NCBI GenBank assembly: GCA_045568435.1
Contig: JBJLBB010000003.1
Coordinates: 2,509-66,508 of the forward strand
DNA: 64,000 nucleotides
Origin: Candidatus Poseidoniaceae archaeon
GTDB taxonomy: Archaea > Thermoplasmatota > Poseidoniia > Poseidoniales > Poseidoniaceae
Direction: 5' to 3'
A program made the position numbers and the translations under genes. The notes below the pieces were generated by a model. That model searched no databases, was not told the DNA's origin, and was given only the letters and a program-made list of their open reading frames with translations. Below, piece by piece: positions 60,501-64,000 of the stretch. Numbering within the stretch: the first letter of the stretch is position 1; each line of letters opens with the position of its first letter.

Positions 60501-60950
60501 GGCCAAAACCTTGAGATAATTACCAGAATTGTAAATACAGGTCAACTTAATGGTACTGTACAAGTTGAGTTAATTGATCTAGATGGTATGGTCCTTGAAA
60601 CTAAATTTATCACCATAGAAGCAGGAGATTGGATTGAAACTTCATGGTACTTTGAAGCGTGGACTACAGGAGATATCACTTTCTTTGTAAACCTAACAAA
60701 TTATTCACAATCAAAACAAGTAGAGATAGAAGATATTGATGAATTTGAATCTTCTAATAGAGAACTCAACGGCCTAATTGGTCTGATTGGATTATTTATT
60801 TTCTTAGTGGTTGGTGGCTTTGGATTTGCTTATCACCGAAGGTCGAAGGAGTTGGACCAATACACTAAACTACACATCGAGAATATAGTTAGAAAAAAGC
60901 GCTCTGCACCTCCACGACCTTTGGAATTAGATGATTATAGTGAAGAGTAA
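54516..60950 (+). CDS. Giant (2144 aa) secreted surface protein with C-terminal TM anchor
   Basis: N-terminal signal/TM. S/T/N-rich beta-type sequence throughout. C-terminal LIGLIGLFIFLVVGGFGFAYHRRSKE anchor. Confidence 0.6.
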   Translation: MSAKQQKFGDIYRPDFKVLLLVTILMTSTLINVPAQHSSSWDSQEPIQWNNNIDFSPQANQSHINTTVSSMIEVPANHTLTSGQVDVSPIWQKADSDGTVFDTNDIFWNGSYQQTTQSSRDGQLRLERNSSIGDITDFETTTVVPSEGWSSNGKDSNTWTIISPSPNAIISQSGMSLPDEGYNGSAFLSTSDSGDLNSSMHSCLRSPSLDMPRMINNFSISFDHWLALDSTDAAWVELLDVNGNWIALTPINGVSQSSSLQYAPSVVWTGESNSWSRVEIMLDSHVSSTQDSLNLQLCYETSNLSVPRGGWFVDQLSIFNEGEHRGAFFHGNLTGDYLPNSNSKYIIPMNFSSIPTVDEIEISMSWDVQGYLYDYLTVEYSIDNGSSWNFISGYYGVPGTGIWHNGIINYGESNGWVPIFMNLNYNFSNSSALNNTLVRISVITDSSVNFGGKVSSEWEGFAIDNIILHSGRNGPNPSSVLHSDFSTMPNLSLGSQDGWLISYGTNYNTQWQWTDTLGVDSMEVTNFSFDNGNILPAGWSLISIDQKQWQVGTIPNGTTYGPSMWPSGQQGAGTYLGGPYRNEMLTHLYSPEYFLPVGSSSRLSFKSWVCTEANWDGGAVSISTDGGLNWWYIPPAIGTFHDQISTINSNSPFYGEGILDGSTIPGGCQNAARPFDDKVFETTNLSSENIRFRYSFFSDQLLEFDGWYIDDAGIEIDIFELQGTWTSPIVSPNPMFGWGHLDGFVQQPDNTSIRFDILDINNNTIAGYTNQSLPIDIQLDPEIYPNLRIRANLTTSNELVSPSIEFLSIGFSTYFDAYHYKNMANDSRYSGSYSHLSLNGDNIFANQVSYLRIQTTSFCPQIGTQMSSVGDNISLYSSQFGLDSTYFDTEISNFRVLNFSNNQQISSSLTDSVQLTLLTGQKFTKFAYHPICAKSPISPEVGLGNQNQSIFSWPVTNSGKEFGITTEFSSITSNGITNYSNVNGAVELELLDGQQVQVDYKMLLSVNGHQVTGNQNNHVPTSFLINLVSQSSISSLSYSTTNDVIISSTNELSTVQSRVVSPEVCPNFTFPNGLISDDYGIASCTINLSASGNMTARFSNLQSMSPVQKVQLEIGHSMLNEIKNNSYQGNDRELLYIPMTVETVSGSININMTTTSYLHQIDTINSISRDRWLPEQIISINTSHIRFDPVTMSEHNHQLEKVKLILSPNPNAQDSIIEIEVSNLYSSKDVSIIKGSNLIQLEDGSTSVNCIAGFCQIQWMITSTWQLDDIDDIHWMVVSQDTSGLETGPDLLIRQTAFNEVENDLEIIQFEAFDDENALHDWTDADWPFHIQSNESITVNGQVRFQGVSNNFILPDQARIEVKLQAVPPKNISGGQDVWPEAPVNWSDSWFIEVGVNGYFSTIINTPDSLIVPSNTSLEISAHIVRIGPIGQQSNTSNDMTAIYQKTRILFDIESPEVISLDVLDPGGQVPADEHVWISGQDIPLRATISDVEGLSPLITVWSWSESKDDLDGDGVMDLEEYVSTTATVNTGSKSAIVDLPIFSWFDVRGSKESGRLSIFIESQDLAGNLLSGGGSFGEGQDLATVIVQNQYATFFDFDTLDLDLIEQQILPGFEHKLQFSLTDANGIDSLDEIQLAILGRDTQEQCFIHHSPRFSNTQYDSDCFVVKPEVIINQQEGFLVWDIEFNFRVSWQITESLPQEEWIPSVKIFDEGQDLYLGVSLLTMFEWTFNNNIEFSHVEILEQSGPIGSNTGQEIWLQSNDIIGMNLYLEFINLSIPVQYLNDYFSITGVINNQTSNLLENMTFNDQGPINVEFIAKPSYAESAEFSLELRLFSPQLQPLASRTLQVYLDDSPPIFSLSLQDLLKVDSNRLSEIPIFATISDDIPLNEPRLEVNWFFSENGSIIQGTSGSQIINSTEITQFNTYFDAFIDITPSDESLFSRDSEIVIWFAATDNSGLELTGFGTSSDPLKPRLNWIDFEPQLDTVRIETKNPTFGQNLEIITRIVNTGQLNGTVQVELIDLDGMVLETKFITIEAGDWIETSWYFEAWTTGDITFFVNLTNYSQSKQVEIEDIDEFESSNRELNGLIGLIGLFIFLVVGGFGFAYHRRSKELDQYTKLHIENIVRKKRSAPPRPLELDDYSEE

Positions 60951-60985
60951 TAGTCAAGAATGAAATGCACCACGGCACACTACAA

Positions 60986-61070
60986 GCCGGGGTTCCCGAG
61001 CGGTCAAAGGGGGTGGACTCAAGATCCTCTGCGTAAAGCTTCGCAGGTTCGAATCCTGCCCCCGGCACCA
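60986..61070 (+). tRNA. tRNA-Leu (anticodon CAA)
   Basis: Acceptor GCCGGGG/CCCCGGC. Long variable arm TGCG-TAAAGCTT-CGCA. T-arm GCAGG-TTCGAAT-CCTGC. Discriminator A. Encoded CCA. Anticodon loop CTCAAGA. Confidence 0.85.
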
Positions 61071-61139
61071 CATCATCATTCAAGAGGTACTTCTGTAAAG
61101 CACCTACAAGGCATATTATGCCTAATTAGAGACTAAACT

Positions 61140-61310
61140 CTACTTTCCAGTCATTTCTTGAACTTCTTTTGCTGCTAGTATTAGGGTTGGAGCCCAAAGA
61201 CCCACAAATATTCCTAACATCTGGTCTTCACTGACAAAGTAAATGTACAACGACAATACTACTGACAACATACTTGCGATAAATCCAATTTTTGCTATAT
61301 TTCCACTCAT
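61140..61310 (-). CDS. Small hydrophobic protein (56 aa; below the ORF-track cutoff)
   Basis: Reverse-strand ATG...TAG encodes MSGNIAKIGFIASMLSVVLSLYIYFVSEDQMLGIFVGLWAPTLILAAKEVQEMTGK, with two TM helices. Confidence 0.35.
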   Translation of the reverse strand: MSGNIAKIGFIASMLSVVLSLYIYFVSEDQMLGIFVGLWAPTLILAAKEVQEMTGK

Positions 61311-61491
61311 TTCTTACTCACTTAACCCTAATTCATAGGTTTTCACTAATAATAGGGTGTTTCAAAGCGCAAAACCATTTTATGGCTAAAAATGGTACAT
61401 TAAAAGATTGATTACTCACAAGGAATTTCTTCTCTTTCCTTGTTGTAGCACTTCTCTTCTTCGCGCTCTGAGTCATCAAGTTCTCTCTTTA

Positions 61492-62208
61492 TCAGTATTC
61501 TAAAATAGCCTCAACAAGAGGTAAAATTGTCTCGCCGTGCATGAAAGGAGATACAACATCAGCCGCTTCTGCTACATATGCAAAAGAACCACCAACAGCG
61601 ACCGACCATCGAGCAATCTCAAACATAGACAGGTCATTAGGTGCATCACCTACACAGAGTAAGTCCTCAGCGGTGAGTCCCATTCGCTTAAGGATAATCT
61701 GAAGCCCGGAACCTTTGGATAATTGAGGTTCCATAAGATGAATAGCAAATCCGGTTTTTAACACTGAAAGGTGTGACCATTCACTCGAAGCGATTAATTT
61801 TTCAATTCGTTCTAAGTCTTCATTTGGTAATAGACACCATTCACTTTCACGCCACTGATTGGTTTCAATTCCTTGCCATTTCAATCCTTCAATTTGTGTT
61901 GCAAGCCATTGTGCAGCTTTCTTTGCTTCACTTCCATCCGCACGATATTTGGTTTCACCCCAATCTGGATGCCATAAAACTCCACCATTCTCACAACATA
62001 TCGGGCCGCTTAAGTTCAAAAATCGCCAAAGTCCATAGGTAATCGCTCTAACATTACCCGTAGCCAAAATAACTGGAATTCCATTTTCTTCCAGGCGTGA
62101 TAATGCTTCGATAACATTAGGATTAATCCGCTTCTTTTCATCGGTCAGCGTACCATCGATATCGACAGCGACAACCTTTGGCTTCCAATTGTCTGGTAGC
62201 CACTTCAT
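61492..62208 (-). CDS. HAD-superfamily phosphatase (Cof/phosphoglycolate phosphatase type)
   Basis: Motif I VVAVDIDGTLTD, motif II ILATGN, motif IV LCVGDAPNDLSMF. The N-terminal ~97 aa of the ORF-track ORF are antisense junk, so the start is placed at MKWLPDNW. Confidence 0.8.
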   Translation of the reverse strand: MKWLPDNWKPKVVAVDIDGTLTDEKKRINPNVIEALSRLEENGIPVILATGNVRAITYGLWRFLNLSGPICCENGGVLWHPDWGETKYRADGSEAKKAAQWLATQIEGLKWQGIETNQWRESEWCLLPNEDLERIEKLIASSEWSHLSVLKTGFAIHLMEPQLSKGSGLQIILKRMGLTAEDLLCVGDAPNDLSMFEIARWSVAVGGSFAYVAEAADVVSPFMHGETILPLVEAILEY

Positions 62209-62313
62209 AGCCAGTCGTAATGAATTACAGTGATGAATATTCGCATCGAATTTAATCATTAAGCACAAATCATTGATACGAGTATTGATGAAGAACGATA
62301 TTTTAGACGAAAC

Positions 62314-64000
62314 ATGGCGGAGAAAGAGAAGGTTGAGAACTTCCTTTCTCTCGAAGAAGAGAATCAGCCTACAGTAGAAAAAAAATCCAAAATAAAATTG
62401 CCAAAATTGGGCAAAAAGAAACAAAAGCCAGCAATTGACCAAGAACTCGAAAAAGAAATACTTGAAGCGGAGATACTCGATGATTTGGTTGTCGAACAAC
62501 CAAATGGAATTTTCGAAGTAGAATGGCCACTAGTTGGAATGGATTGTCCAGATTGTGCAAGTAAAGCCTTCAATGCATTAGATCATCTAATGCAAACAAC
62601 AGAGGTGAAGATTTCAGCAACTACCGGTGAAGTCAGTCTGAAGGTTGATTTGGAACATGGTCTTCTTTCACAAGTCAGTTCAACTCTAAAATCGCTAGGC
62701 CATCCACCCGATGTTTCGTTTTACTTATTGTCAGGGGTCAATGCTAGAGTTGTTGCTAAAAGAAATAAAATCGAATTAAAGCAGGTAGAAAAATTGCTAC
62801 TTAGGCAACCAGGTATCCTAGATGTAGAAGTTAACAGAGATAATGAAATCCTAATACAATTACTTCCTGCACCAAATAAGAAAATGTTGGGACTGAGAGA
62901 TAGTTCCTTGGCACGCATTATCGGAACCAAGCCAGTATTCACCGAGGTTTCTAGCACTCGATTACGCCCTGACCAATGGAGATTATTTGGTGGAGCTGTT
63001 GCAGTTCCGCTATTGATTCTAGTAATATTTGGAGAAGTCCTTAGTATGCCTCCAATGGTAATTGGCCTTATTGCTTCAGTTGGAATTTTAATTGGTGGCT
63101 TACAGATGTTCCATGAAGCAATTGCTAGTTTGATGTCTAGACAAATGGGTTTCCAAGTTTTAACTAGTATTGCAGTTATAGGAGCGTCAATTCTTGGTAT
63201 GTGGGAAGAGGCACTGATGGTTGTCATTCTAGTTGCAATTGCTGCGCATCTTGAAAGTAGCGCACTTGAAAATGCTCGTAATGCTATGCAAGGTGGTTTG
63301 GATAGGATACCAAGAACAGCCCGGCGAATGATTTCAAGAGGGAAAATAAACCAAGAGTCAATTATTCCGGCACAGTTATCCTTCCAAATTGAAACCAATA
63401 GTCCTTCGAGTTCACAGTCAATGTTACACAATAATCAACCTAAAAATACTGAGGAAAGTGAAGTAATTTCACTAGATATTCTACAAATTGGAGATATTAT
63501 TGAGGTTAGGAGTGGTGAATTGATTCCGGCGGATGGCAAAATTATTGATGGCTTTGGGGCACTGGATAAAGCCCCTCTGACAGGTGAATCCGCACCTGTA
63601 GAGGTGACAGAAGGAGACACGATACATGCAGGATTAATACTTGCTAGAGGCCCTGTACTGATCGAAGTGTCTGCAATAGGAGAGAATACAAGGTTATCCG
63701 GAATTATTGAAGCGGTTCACAGTTTCAAAGAGCAGAAGCCAAAAATCCAAAATCAACTTGAAAAATTCACTGCCATTTGGGTGCCTGTAGTTCTATTCGG
63801 CGCTCTTCTAGTTTGGTACTTCATGTTCCCAGCAAATGACTGGAAGATAATCCTTCTATTATGGGTGGTGGCATGTCCATGTGCACTCTTACTAGCAGCA
63901 GCAATGCCTCATGCAGCAGCACTATCACGAGCCTCTAGAATGGGTGCAATAGTAAGAGGCGGGGATATCTTGGAAAGGTTATCTAAAGTAAATCATGTAT
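62314..64000 (+). CDS. Heavy-metal translocating P1B-type ATPase, 5' partial (runs off the window end)
   Basis: Open frame from the ATG at 62314 to the window edge. HMA motif GMDCPDCASKAF. TM helices. CPC motif VACPCALLLAA. Absent from the ORF track because no stop lies in the window. Confidence 0.8.
   Translation, partial: MAEKEKVENFLSLEEENQPTVEKKSKIKLPKLGKKKQKPAIDQELEKEILEAEILDDLVVEQPNGIFEVEWPLVGMDCPDCASKAFNALDHLMQTTEVKISATTGEVSLKVDLEHGLLSQVSSTLKSLGHPPDVSFYLLSGVNARVVAKRNKIELKQVEKLLLRQPGILDVEVNRDNEILIQLLPAPNKKMLGLRDSSLARIIGTKPVFTEVSSTRLRPDQWRLFGGAVAVPLLILVIFGEVLSMPPMVIGLIASVGILIGGLQMFHEAIASLMSRQMGFQVLTSIAVIGASILGMWEEALMVVILVAIAAHLESSALENARNAMQGGLDRIPRTARRMISRGKINQESIIPAQLSFQIETNSPSSSQSMLHNNQPKNTEESEVISLDILQIGDIIEVRSGELIPADGKIIDGFGALDKAPLTGESAPVEVTEGDTIHAGLILARGPVLIEVSAIGENTRLSGIIEAVHSFKEQKPKIQNQLEKFTAIWVPVVLFGALLVWYFMFPANDWKIILLLWVVACPCALLLAAAMPHAAALSRASRMGAIVRGGDILERLSKVNHV

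Noticed and set aside
60889-61083. 64-aa minus ORF
   Set aside because: Overlaps tRNA-Leu completely; spurious.
62209-62499. N-terminal 97-aa Phe-rich extension of the HAD phosphatase ORF
   Set aside because: Low-complexity translation of the divergent promoter region and antisense of the ATPase N-terminus. Conserved HAD motif I begins right after the Met at 62208.
62364-63620. Minus-strand ORFs (69, 63, 236 and 61 aa)
   Set aside because: Antisense to the strongly supported P1B ATPase coding frame.

Overview
This 64-kb window looks like an AT-rich archaeal chromosome segment, possibly from an uncultivated marine Thermoplasmatota/Poseidoniales-like lineage. The archaeal/eukaryal-type markers are aEF1A followed by S10, S8e next to SRP19, Sec61-beta, FEN1, a family-B DNA polymerase with a PIP box, Lrp, XerA-like recombinase, tRNA-Leu(CAA) and a tRNA-Arg(TCG) candidate. 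Core metabolism and housekeeping genes include pyruvate kinase, an AceE-type PDH E1, BCAT, a CaiB-type CoA-transferase, RimK, CutA, NSUN and THUMP RNA methyltransferases, a HAD phosphatase and a partial P1B metal ATPase. These are interleaved with unusually large secreted or membrane-anchored acidic proteins: EF-hand proteins, a TSP3+DUF285 lipoprotein, two subtilisin/kexin-like proteases, a 2144-aa giant and PKD and SAP proteins.

The most distinctive region is 1-8.1 kb. It is a tRNA-Arg-bounded accessory island of secreted Ca-binding-type proteins, and all of its intergenic spaces carry members of an unexplained short repeat family with a TACAAGGG ... CCCTCGTG core. Other notable points:
- two histone-H1-like nucleoid proteins (an Hc1-like protein and an HhH protein with a KA-rich tail)
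- a lone beta-class DNA methyltransferase
- a GC-rich hairpin element in the xer leader
- three single-base frameshifts that interrupt otherwise conserved domains.

No CRISPR array, rRNA or obvious prophage is present.
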